A stretch of DNA of 21,077 nt from Octopus sinensis (taxonomy: Eukaryota): NCBI RefSeq assembly GCF_006345805.1, contig NW_021823778.1, forward strand, positions 1-21,077, read 5' to 3'. Below are positions 8,086 to 18,312 of this stretch, piece by piece; position 1 is the stretch's first letter, and every line of letters begins with the position of its first letter. Under the pieces are notes generated by a model. That model was given only the letters and a program-made list of their open reading frames with translations, did no database searches and had not been told where the DNA came from. The translations under genes were made by a program, and so were the position numbers.

Positions 8086-11000
8086 GTATCATCATGGTTC
8101 ACCGGGAACAAGAAACCAGTGATAATCCTCCGATTCCTCGGTACAACACCCTGCAGTTCCAGTATTGTCCCACTGCTGACCACCTTGAGCCGGCAACTCT
8201 GCTACATCTATGACATTCAGGAAGAGGAGGTTCCGGACGAACTGGCGCCTCTTATACAGCACTTCAAGAAGATCATGTGTTCAGCCACGGCTAAAAAACC
8301 GTTAATCATTTTCCTCGACTCCCTAGATCAATTATCGGCTGCTAGTGGGGCCCACGAGCTCTCGTGGGTGCCCCGAAAACTCGCCCCGAACGTCAAACTT
8401 ATTGTTTCAACGTTGCCTAATTATTACAATATCTTGGAGAATTTGAAAACCATTGTGGAATCGAAGGAAAACTACGTGCAGATTTTACCGTTGGGGCATA
8501 ACCTTAGTAGCACCATTCTTAAGCATTGGTTGAAAAATGCCAATCGAAACATAACGAACGAACAATGGGAAGTGGTGAACGAGGCAATATCGAAATGTAA
8601 TTTGCCTCTCTATGTTAAACTGGTTTTTGACGAAATCTGCCGATGGAAATCTTACAAAAAACCCCAACCGAATCAACTGGGGCATTCGATTCACGACAGC
8701 ATCACGAAACTTCTGGAAAAAATCGAAAATCAACACGGCAAAACACTTGTAGCGCACGCCCTGGGTTATATAACAGCATCGAAGAATGGGCTTTCGGAAA
8801 CGGAACTCGAAGATCTTTTATCGTTGGATGAAAAAGTTCTCAACGATGTCTATCAGTACCATTTGCCACCTACTCGCCGCATTCCGCCTTTGTTGTGGAC
8901 GCGGATAAGAAACGATTTACCTGGGTACCTGAGTGAAAGGGAAGCAGATGGGGTAAATGTGATAGGGTGGTACCACAGACAGTTCATTGACGCAGCGAAA
9001 GAACGCTATTTGAAGAACCTGAATTTCGTGAGCGAAATACACTCAAATCTGGCGGAATATTTCATTGGAACATGGGGTGGTGGTATTCCGAAACCTTTTG
9101 AATACTCCGACCTTCAACGACAAAGGTTTAATCTAGACGACAAACACGGCGAAGGGGATCGCAAGGTACCCCTGCAACCGCTTGTGTTTAATAACGCCGA
9201 GGGTGTAATAGTAACCAGGTACAACCTGCGAAAACTTAGCGAGTTACCTTACTCGCTCATTCGATCTCATCGTTACGAAGATTTATACGAAAAAGTCATT
9301 TTCAACTACCGTTGGCTCCACGCGAAACTTAGTTCAATGCCTCTGCAGTCTCTTCTGGCAGATCTGGAAGACCTCCTAGAACATACGTACGACAAAGAGG
9401 TTAAACTCATAGCAGATGCTATCCGTTTGTCCAGCTCAGTGCTAAACCACTACCCAGACATGCTCGGCCCTCAAATTATTGGCAGACTCTTACCTTACTA
9501 TAATTCCCACCAGAAAATCCACAGCCTTATCGACCAGAGTGAAAGTGAAGGCCTAAATAATTGTGCCCTCATTCCGGGTCATCACTGTTTACAAACACCC
9601 GGCGGCCCTCTTCAGTATTCTTTAGAAGGTCATCCGTTCGCCCCTTTCGGAATCGCCGTTACCACAGATGGACGCTACGTGGTCTCTGTGTCCAACAAGT
9701 TTATCATATGGGACTTGTCTTCTGGAGACGTGGTACGAACCGTTTCCCCTAAAATCGAGGGCATCATGCAAAACTTATCCATCTCCCCCGGTGACAAATA
9801 CGCTGTCGGTTACACAAACAACAAACAAATTGTTATTTGTTTAATTTACACCGGTGACTATTACATAATCAACGAACCGGAAGGAAAGTTCAAAGGTCAA
9901 GTGCTCGGTGCCACAGTATCCAACTCACACCTGGCTGTCTGGAAGGAGAAAGAATGGTATTTGATGACGATCGAAGGTAAATTTCTTAACAGTTTTGAGT
10001 CTGAACTGAAGATGCCGATTTTGTTGGTAACGTTTACAGAAAAGGGTAACAACCTGGTGTTCTTGAAGAATGATGATGAAGACGACAATGCTATGACTGT
10101 TGAAGTGTCTGACCATTCTGTCGAACCATTTGAATTCCACAGTGGAATAGTCTTGACTAAGGAACAAACTCGTTTGTACACCTGCATTGAAATTAGTGAT
10201 AATGCCGTGGTTTCCTATAAGTTAAGTGGCAACCGTTGGCGTTACGAACGGACCCTAGACAATAACACAGAACCGGTTTTCTCGATGGCATTGGCCCCCG
10301 ACGAAGCGTACCTTCTTGTAACAATTCCATTTGGTTACAAGTTGTATGACTTGAAGAAAGACACGCAAAAAGACCTGAAGCTGCCACATGGCGTTCGAAA
10401 TATTCCGACTAAAAACCAAATCATTAGTTTATTGGCGTTCACTAAGAACAACCATTTTGTAGTGGCCGGAGTCAGGCGGAACCTGTACGTCTGGGACGTG
10501 AAACAAGGGAATATGGTCAAAGTACTGGACGCACATTTTGGACGAATTATCGCCATGGACGCTGTCCGCGGGAAGAACAATAAAGTGATCTCGTCTTCGA
10601 TTGACAAAACTATCAAAGTATGGAACTTTGACAACATTCTCGAAGATGTTCATTCGATCGATCGTCTGGAGAAGCCAATAGAATCGATGAATATCGCTGA
10701 AAATGTCAACCTTTGTGTTACAACGACACGAAATGGTGTGGGAGTGTGGGACATGGAACGAGGTAAACTGGTGCATAACCTACCCGGTGGGTCACACAAT
10801 TCTATCATCTCGAGTGCCCTCATCACGAAAGATGGCAAGTACGTGGTGGTTGCCGAATCGGTTGGGGTGGTCGTGTGGGACGCCAAAACTGGGAAAATGA
10901 TGAAGAAAATTAACCAGGCCAACACACAGGTAGTCCTGCTCAATGATGATAATACACGAGTGATTAGTTTTTCGGTGGTCAGTGAAGAGAAAGGCCACGG

Positions 11001-11868
11001 CTCCTGTTTTATATTTCCAGACGGAGACGAAGTTTATAAATTTGATTATGCGATGAAGAAATTTCTCAAGCCTGTATTGACTTGTAGCAGTCTTCAACTC
11101 GCAGTTCCTGCAACGGACAAAAGCTGTGATACCATTAACATCTACAATGCCAAGACGGGACATCTCCAGTTTACCATGCAGTTGAAATATGCTAACTACA
11201 AAGACATACAAGAGGTGGTGGCCATGCCGCACGAGGCACACCAAATTGCGGTGGTCGACTGCGAAAAGGGGAACATAATTGACCTGAAGAAGAAAACCTT
11301 AATCCGTTCTGTGATGCGTTGGAACGGAATGTCAACAAAAAACGGTAAACACGGCTTGTATGCTCCTTCAAGAGGAGGCATGGAACTCCTTGAGTTGAAA
11401 CACGGCAAAACAATTCGGACATTTATTCCGAAAGTTGCTGAAGGAGTTTTCAATATCCAAGTGTTTTTCGCGAAGAATGACCAGCACGTGGTGTATTACC
11501 ATTCCGGTCGGAGAACGATTCGCGTCTTCCGAGTATCTGATGCCAAAAGGATAGCCAATTTCAAAACGCATGCTGCCTTAAACACGATGGCCTGCAACGC
11601 TCTGGGAACATCGATTGTGATCGGTGCCGTTGATGGCAGTGTGACATTGCTTACCATTGCGGACCCTGAGTATCAAGAAAATTTGGACTACCTCCGAGCG
11701 CTACCTGCTCGACAGGCACTTCCTGTGCAACCCCCTCTCCTTGACGCCAATGGCGAAATTATTTCAAGCAAGGACCATTTTGGGGCGACTTTACACATCA
11801 GTCGATTTGTGGCCAAAGCTGGCCTCGCATCACAGAAACAGCAGTCGAAGGCTTGTGCCCTATCTTAA
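8086..11868 (+). CDS. NWD2: Large terminal coding exon: rest of the NACHT/STAND domain, helical region and WD40 repeats
   Basis: Acceptor tctctacAG at 8084-8085, phase 0, open to TAA at 11866-11868. Walker B-like IIFLDSLDQL; WD40-type segments (FIIWDL, LYVWDV, AHFGRIIAMD...SSSIDKTIKVWNF, VGVWDM, VVVWDA). The four exons total 4482 nt = 1493 aa + stop. Confidence 0.95.
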   Translation, partial: VSSWFTGNKKPVIILRFLGTTPCSSSIVPLLTTLSRQLCYIYDIQEEEVPDELAPLIQHFKKIMCSATAKKPLIIFLDSLDQLSAASGAHELSWVPRKLAPNVKLIVSTLPNYYNILENLKTIVESKENYVQILPLGHNLSSTILKHWLKNANRNITNEQWEVVNEAISKCNLPLYVKLVFDEICRWKSYKKPQPNQLGHSIHDSITKLLEKIENQHGKTLVAHALGYITASKNGLSETELEDLLSLDEKVLNDVYQYHLPPTRRIPPLLWTRIRNDLPGYLSEREADGVNVIGWYHRQFIDAAKERYLKNLNFVSEIHSNLAEYFIGTWGGGIPKPFEYSDLQRQRFNLDDKHGEGDRKVPLQPLVFNNAEGVIVTRYNLRKLSELPYSLIRSHRYEDLYEKVIFNYRWLHAKLSSMPLQSLLADLEDLLEHTYDKEVKLIADAIRLSSSVLNHYPDMLGPQIIGRLLPYYNSHQKIHSLIDQSESEGLNNCALIPGHHCLQTPGGPLQYSLEGHPFAPFGIAVTTDGRYVVSVSNKFIIWDLSSGDVVRTVSPKIEGIMQNLSISPGDKYAVGYTNNKQIVICLIYTGDYYIINEPEGKFKGQVLGATVSNSHLAVWKEKEWYLMTIEGKFLNSFESELKMPILLVTFTEKGNNLVFLKNDDEDDNAMTVEVSDHSVEPFEFHSGIVLTKEQTRLYTCIEISDNAVVSYKLSGNRWRYERTLDNNTEPVFSMALAPDEAYLLVTIPFGYKLYDLKKDTQKDLKLPHGVRNIPTKNQIISLLAFTKNNHFVVAGVRRNLYVWDVKQGNMVKVLDAHFGRIIAMDAVRGKNNKVISSSIDKTIKVWNFDNILEDVHSIDRLEKPIESMNIAENVNLCVTTTRNGVGVWDMERGKLVHNLPGGSHNSIISSALITKDGKYVVVAESVGVVVWDAKTGKMMKKINQANTQVVLLNDDNTRVISFSVVSEEKGHGSCFIFPDGDEVYKFDYAMKKFLKPVLTCSSLQLAVPATDKSCDTINIYNAKTGHLQFTMQLKYANYKDIQEVVAMPHEAHQIAVVDCEKGNIIDLKKKTLIRSVMRWNGMSTKNGKHGLYAPSRGGMELLELKHGKTIRTFIPKVAEGVFNIQVFFAKNDQHVVYYHSGRRTIRVFRVSDAKRIANFKTHAALNTMACNALGTSIVIGAVDGSVTLLTIADPEYQENLDYLRALPARQALPVQPPLLDANGEIISSKDHFGATLHISRFVAKAGLASQKQQSKACALS

Positions 11869-11946
11869 AAGGCCTCGCTCTATAGAAACCATTCTAAGTT
11901 GCAGGAAATGACGGTGAGATTAAGGAAGCTGCGCTGAATACCAGAG

Positions 11947-11947
<1 letters not shown>

Positions 11948-12000
<53 letters not shown>

Positions 12001-12044
12001 ACATCATCATCAACATCATCATCATCATCATCATCATCATCATT

Positions 12045-12083
<39 letters not shown>

Positions 12084-12121
12084 GTCATCATCATTATCAG
12101 CGTCATCGTCGTCATCGTCAT
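11948..12121. repeat. (CAT)n microsatellite ~80 bp after the stop codon (likely 3' UTR)
   Basis: Directly visible. Confidence 0.95.
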
Positions 12122-12468
12122 TCTTTTTTTCATTTGTCTTCTTCAGTCTTCCTCCTCCTCTTCATGTTGATGGACAGATGTCACGTGACTTTTCCAGGAG
12201 GAAATTGAACTCACTATAAAAAATAATTTGGATTTTCAGCTTTGCCAGAAATTGAACCAGCTAACTACCGTCAAGTACCGCTAACTAACGTTAACTATCG
12301 TCAACTACTGCTAAGTAACCTCAATTGACCTCTGCTACCGTCAACTAATGTCAACAACCGTTAACTATCGTCAATAACCGTCATATACCATCAAGTAACG
12401 TAACTAACATCTACTAACGTCATTATGAATACCGTGAATTGCCGTCAGTTAACGTTAACTAACGACAG

Positions 12469-12804
12469 TTAATGTCAACGACAAATAATATCAACGACAA
12501 ATAATGTCAACGACAGTTAATATCAACGACAATTAATGTCAACGACAGTTAATGTCAACGACAGTTAATGTCAACGACAATTAATGTCAACGACAATTAA
12601 TGTCAACGAAAATTAATGTCAACGAAAATTAATGTCAACGAAAATTAATGTCAACGACAGTTAATGTCAACGACAGTTAATGTCAACGACAATTAATGTC
12701 AACGACAGTTAATGTCAACGACAATTAATGTCAACGACAATTAATGTCAACGACAATTAATGTCAACGACTATTAATGTCAACGACAGTTAATGTCAACG
12801 ACAG
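12469..12804. repeat. 16-bp minisatellite, 21 copies of ttaatgtcaacgaca(g/a)
   Basis: Units counted at 16-bp spacing from 12469 to 12789. Confidence 0.93.
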
Positions 12805-13169
12805 TCAACTACAACCGCCAACTAACGTCAACTTGCGTCAACTGCCGTCAAATAACTCAAGCAACGTAAACTGCCGAAGCAACGCTTCTCCCTGTCGGTT
12901 CCGTAACCACCGATATAGGATATGTCTTTTATCTAGAACTTCTAGTTGAAGTTGAGTTGGATGTCAGTGCTTGATTCTGAACTTATGTCTTTCGACTCGC
13001 GAGATAGAAATTCTTTGCCTTCGTCCATTCCTTCACTCATTCGCTCTAGTCGGATTAAAGAGTGACCAAGTTGTTGCTGTTGTTGTTTAAGACTTGGTCA
13101 GTCCTGATTGCGCGGGAATTTGGTCAAAGTCTTTCCAGCCGAAACTAGTAAGTTTGTGCTTAGTCCACA

Positions 13170-13223
<54 letters not shown>

Positions 13224-13277
13224 AGCAAACAAACAAACAATGTCAGAGGCATAACTATCTGGTGAACGGCCACGTGA

Positions 13278-13319
13278 AATTCTGAGTAACAGTTTGTGAA
13301 CATTTTTTCAGATTTAATA

Positions 13320-13364
<45 letters not shown>

Positions 13365-13488
13365 CATAGATTGGAGAGAGAGAATTGATGTATAAACATA
13401 AAAAAATACACCCACAGTAATTCAGGATTTAATTATTCTTATTTCTAATTCTGAGTAACAGTTTGTGAACATTTTTTCAGATTTAATA

Positions 13489-13539
<51 letters not shown>

Positions 13540-13624
13540 CATAGATTGGAGAGAGAGAATTGATGTATAAACATAAAAAAATACACCCACAGTAATTCAG
13601 GATTTAATTATTCTTATTTCTAAT
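13278..13624. repeat. Tandem duplication of a 169/175-bp unit
   Basis: Units start at 13278 and 13447 and differ only by (GT)17 vs (GT)20. Confidence 0.92.
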
Positions 13625-14397
13625 GAAGCTGTTGTATATGTAATTAAAAATCATGTGGCCTTTGTAAAAAAAAATATTTTGGAAAAATATTTTTGTTTTC
13701 ATTTCCAGTTTAGACGGAGAAAGACTTTAATTTGCTTAGCCAATTTTTCTTCCAATTGTAAATTAGCATGGCTACTCAATGTATAAATGCCCATAAAACT
13801 CGGGGGGGGGGAATATTTAAATAAAGAAAAAGAATAGATAATTTCTAACAGAAAAAAGTAGTACTATTTTGAAAAATTTAAGAGACACGCTTAATGCTAA
13901 TAATAATTACAATATACACATTTTGCCAAAATGAAAGAATGAGCAGAGAAACTGAGCTTTAAACGGTGATTATTTCAGTCTCTCTTTTGCAAATTCAGCT
14001 TCCAAATATTTGACTGTAGGGAAGATTTACCAAGCAGAAAAAATATCTGCTTGGCAGAACTACGTGACAAAGGTAGATGCATCCTTACCTCAGATCCTTT
14101 TTGAAGAGGGTCAGAACGAAAAAAATTCCATGCCTTAAATTATATATATAATTGTATCTGTGACTTAATATAATTATCTAATTATAATCATCTAATTATT
14201 TACAAATTTTTAATGTCTTAACCATATTATGCCATCTCAGGCCCTTCCCTCATGTTTACATAACTTTGCTGTAGAATTAACACACATTTTGAATAACCTT
14301 CAACAAATAACTATTGTACGTATGAATGAGCCCTACCGGCAAAATAAAAACTATTGTTATTTATATATTTATTGATTTATTTTTTATTTGTTTATTT

Positions 14398-14483
14398 ATT
14401 TATTATTATTATTACTATTATTATTATTATTATCATTATTATCATTAATATTATTGTTATTGTTATTATTATTATCATTATTA

Positions 14484-14545
<62 letters not shown>

Positions 14546-14792
14546 GTTGTTGTTGTTGTTGTTGTTGTTATTATTATTATTATTCTATGTTTGACTTTTG
14601 TTTTACATTTGTACAAGTTGGCTCCAAGTCTCACCCAGAGACCCCAAGAGACAACAGGTTGGAAGTCCATGCTGGTGTTATGCCTAGGGTGCCATATATT
14701 TGGTTTTGTACTTAGTGTTTATTATTATTATTATCATCATCATCATCATCATTATCATCAACGTCATCATCAGCAAAATCAGCATCATCATC
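14398..14792. repeat. (ATT)n/(GTT)n/(CAT)n compound microsatellites
   Basis: Directly visible; ~130 bp of non-repetitive sequence lies between the blocks. Confidence 0.9.
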
Positions 14793-14981
14793 ATTGTTAT
14801 TGTTATTTTAAATTCCCGTTGAGTAAGATGTCTGCGGATTTGTTTATGAAGATTTTCTTTTTCTTTTTTGCAAATTATTTTTGTTTTATTGTTCACACTT
14901 TTCGATGTTAATCTCCATGGTTCCCTGTCTTTGTACCGCCCTAAATGGTTTCGTGACCCTTGTGACCAATAAAGAAACAAC

Positions 14982-15008
14982 TGTTGTTGTTGTTGTTGTT
15001 GCTGCTGT

Positions 15009-15068
<60 letters not shown>

Positions 15069-15195
15069 CGGTGGTGGCGGCGGCGGCGGCAGCAGCAGCA
15101 GTAGTAGTAGTAGTAGTAGTGGCAGCAGCAGCAGTAGTAGTGGCAGCAGCAGCAGTAGTAGTGGCAGCAGCAGCAGTAGTAGTGGCAGCAGCAGC

Positions 15196-15230
<35 letters not shown>

Positions 15231-15243
15231 CAGTAGTAGTAGC

Positions 15244-15278
<35 letters not shown>

Positions 15279-15290
15279 CCGCCGCCGCCG
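14982..15290. repeat. Compound GTT/AGT/GGC/AGC trinucleotide repeat with four 21-bp higher-order units
   Basis: ggcagcagcagcagtagtagt at 15121, 15142, 15163 and 15184. Confidence 0.9.
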
Positions 15291-15312
15291 AATCATTAGA
15301 GAGACAGACGAA

Positions 15313-15385
15313 GATGTGCTGCGGTATTTCTTCCACCTTATACATTCCGAGTTCAAATCTCACCAAAGTCAACTTCGCCCCCTTC
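15313..15385 (+). mobile_element. Degenerate family A SINE head fragment
   Basis: gcggtatttc...gagttcaaatctcaccaaagtcaacttcgcc resembles gcggtatttc...gagttcaaattccgccaaggtcgactttgcc. Confidence 0.5.
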
Positions 15386-15584
15386 CTTCTCTCCCCTCTT
15401 GTCACTCTTGGACTGTCGGGAAGAGACAGGAAGAGTTAAAAGTATCATCTCCCCGGAATTCCGATCCGAATGCTCAACAGCATAAACGCCGCGAAATGCA
15501 GCCATGCTACAGAGTGGGGGTTTTTAAAAAGGGACCACGGTTTTAAAAGACACATGTTGCATCTGAGGGAGGATCTGGGAGGAT

Positions 15585-17085
15585 CGTTAGCACGCCGGAC
15601 GAAATGCTTAGCAGTATTTCGTCTGCGTTACGTTGTGAGTTCAAATTCCGCCAAGGTCGAATTTGCCTTTCATCCTTTCGGGGTCGATTAAATGAGTACC
15701 AGTTACGCACTGGGGTCGATATAATCAACTTAATACGTTTGTCTGTCCTTGTTTGTCCCCTCTGTGTGTAGCCCCTTGTGGGCAATAAAGAAATAAGAAA
15801 CGTTAGCACGCCGGGCGAAATGCTTAGCGGTATTTCGTCTGTCTTTACGTTCTGAGTTCAAATTCCGCCATGGTCGACTTTGCCTTTCATCCTTTCGGGG
15901 TCGATTAAATGAGTACCAGTTACGCACTGGGGTCGATATAATCAACTTAATACGTTTGTCTGTCCTTGTTTGTCCCCTCTGTGTGTAGCCCCTTGTGGGC
16001 AATAAAGAAATAAGAAACGTTAGCACGCCGGGCGAAATGCTTAGCGGTATTTCGTCTGTCTTTACGTTCTGAGTTCAAATTCCGCCATGGTCGACTTTGC
16101 CTTTCATCCTTTCGGGGTCGATTAAATGAGTACCAGTTACGCACTGGGGTCGATATAATCAACTTAATACGTTTGTCTGTCCTTGTTTGTCCCCTCTGTG
16201 TGTAGCCCCTTGTGGGCAATAAAGAAATAAGAAACGTTAGTACGCCGGGCGAAATGCTTAGCGGTATTTCGTCTGTCTTTACGTTCTGAGTTCAAATTCC
16301 GCCAAGGTCGACTTTGCCTTTCATCCTTTCGGGGTTGATTAAATAAGTACCAGTTACGCACTGGGGTCGATATAATCGACTTAGTACGTTTGTCTGTCTT
16401 TGTTTGTCCCCTCTGTGTTTAGCCCTTTGTGGGCAATAAAGAAATAAGAAACGTTAGCACGCCGGGCGAAATGCTTAGCGGTATTTCGTCTGTCTTTACG
16501 TTCTGAGTTCAAATTCCGCCAAGGTCGACTTTGCCTTTCATCCTTTCGGGGTTGATTAAATAAGTACCAGTTACGCACTGGGATCGATATAATCGACTTA
16601 GTACGTTTGTCTGTCTTTGTTTGTCCCCTCTGTGTTTAGCCCTTTGTGGGCAATAAAGAAATAAGAAACGTTAGCACGCCGGGCGAAATGCTTAGCGGTA
16701 TTTCGTCTGTCTTTACGTTCTGAGTTCAAATTCCGCCAAGGTCGACTTTGCCTTTCATCCTTTCGGGGTTGATTAAATAAGTACCAGTTACGCACTGGGA
16801 TCGATATAATCGACTTAGTACATTTGTCTGTCTTTGTTTGTCCCCTCTGTGTTTAGCCCTTTGTGGGCAATAAAGAAATAAGAAACGTTAGCACGCTGGG
16901 CGAAATGCTTTGCGGTATTTCGTCTGCCGCTACGTTCTGAGTTCAAATTCCGCCAAGGTCGACTTTGCCTTTCATCCTTTCGGTATCGATAAATTAAGTA
17001 CCAGTTGCGTACTGGGTTCGATCTAATCGACTGGGCCTCCCCCTCACCCAAAATTTCGGGCCTTGCGCCTAGAATAGAAAAGGAT
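15585..17085 (+). mobile_element. Head-to-tail array of 7 family A SINE units (217-bp period); the last unit has a different tail
   Basis: Unit starts at 15585, 15801, 16018, 16235, 16452, 16669 and 16886; each has B box gagttcaaattcc. Confidence 0.93.
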
Positions 17086-17339
17086 ATTTCCAGTAAATTG
17101 TGTAATCTTTAGATGAATGGTAACCTTGTATTTTGTATTTTCGGTATGTTAGAACGATCTTTGATCTCGATTCTACAGTAATGTACTTCACACGGTCGGC
17201 ATGGCCCGCATGAAGACACTCAACCAATCTCAGTTATGCGGACAGGTATTAAAATACATCACCATCATAGTTTCGCGGAATTCTTTCAAAGAGGAACAAC
17301 ATTCTCAGAATAAAACAATATCGTTTAACACAATCAACA

Positions 17340-17385
17340 TGAAGAACAACAACAGCAACAACAACAACTGTAATACTAACAATAT

Positions 17386-17471
<86 letters not shown>

Positions 17472-17692
17472 GTAATAGTAATAGTAATAATAATAATAAT
17501 AATAATATAATAATAATAATAATAATAATGATATAATAATAATGATAATAATAATGATAATAATAATAATGATAATAATAATGATAATAATAATATAATA
17601 ATATATGATAATAATAATAATAATGATAATAATAATGATGATAATAATAATAATATAATAATAATAATAATGATAATAATAATGATGATGAT
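17340..17692. repeat. (AAC)n/(AAT)n/(GAT)n compound microsatellite
   Basis: Directly visible. Confidence 0.93.
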
Positions 17693-17779
17693 GGGGAAAA
17701 TGCCATAAGTTATTTCAGTTGAAGAATGTGGACCAAAATTCTGTGTTCAAGGACAAACATCTGCTGATGCGTTTTATGT

Positions 17780-17807
17780 GTATATATAAATACATATATA
17801 TATATAT

Positions 17808-17852
<45 letters not shown>

Positions 17853-17897
17853 ATACACATATACATATATGTATGTATATATATATATATATGTATG

Positions 17898-17960
<63 letters not shown>

Positions 17961-18120
17961 ATATATATATGATATGTATAGAGAGGACGTGTACAAATAT
18001 ATACACATAAATGTAGTGTATATAGCGATATATGTCTGTGTGTGTCTGTGTGTATGTGTGTATATATATATATATAACACAAACACATACATATACACAC
18101 ACATACACACACGCACACAT
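17780..18120. repeat. (TA)n/(TG)n/(CA)n low-complexity tract
   Basis: Directly visible. Confidence 0.9.
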
Positions 18121-18312
18121 CCATAAATTTGTGTGGAAAATCGACACACATGTACTTCACAGGACCCTTGTTAGTTCGTCTTAGGGTAGAAGAAGCTGCA
18201 TTCTGTAACGAACCAAGAATGAGGTGAAGATATGTGAGGCCACAACTGAAGTCTGTGTGAAGGAAATAAACGGGAGGGTGGTTATCAAATATAGCTAAAC
18301 ACCCGTAGACGT

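Noticed and set aside
8485-11911. Short overlapping or antisense ORFs within the large exon
   Set aside because: Expected shadow ORFs of a long coding exon, with no recognisable motifs.
12180-12191. Palindromic gtcacgtgac E-box (CLEAR-like) motif
   Set aside because: A single short motif downstream of the gene with no promoter context.
14354-15546. Poly-Ile, poly-Ser, poly-Leu and poly-Thr ORFs
   Set aside because: Trinucleotide microsatellite read-through with no splice or domain support; the same applies to the poly-Met ORF at 11894-12133 and the poly-Asn ORF at 17201-17536.
15543-17051. Repeated 65-98 aa ORFs (RNWYLFNRPRKDERQSRP...), also at 966-1211 and 2057-2309
   Set aside because: Incidental frames of family A SINE copies, with no domain content.
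15585-17085. CRISPR-like or tRNA-gene-array interpretation of the 217-bp repeats
   Set aside because: No unique spacers, eukaryotic context, and no complete cloverleaf; the unit is also present as dispersed copies, one with a TSD.
17181-18161. 12-bp exact match atgtacttcaca at 17181 and 18150
   Set aside because: The intervening DNA has no element structure to make these TSDs; a chance match is plausible.
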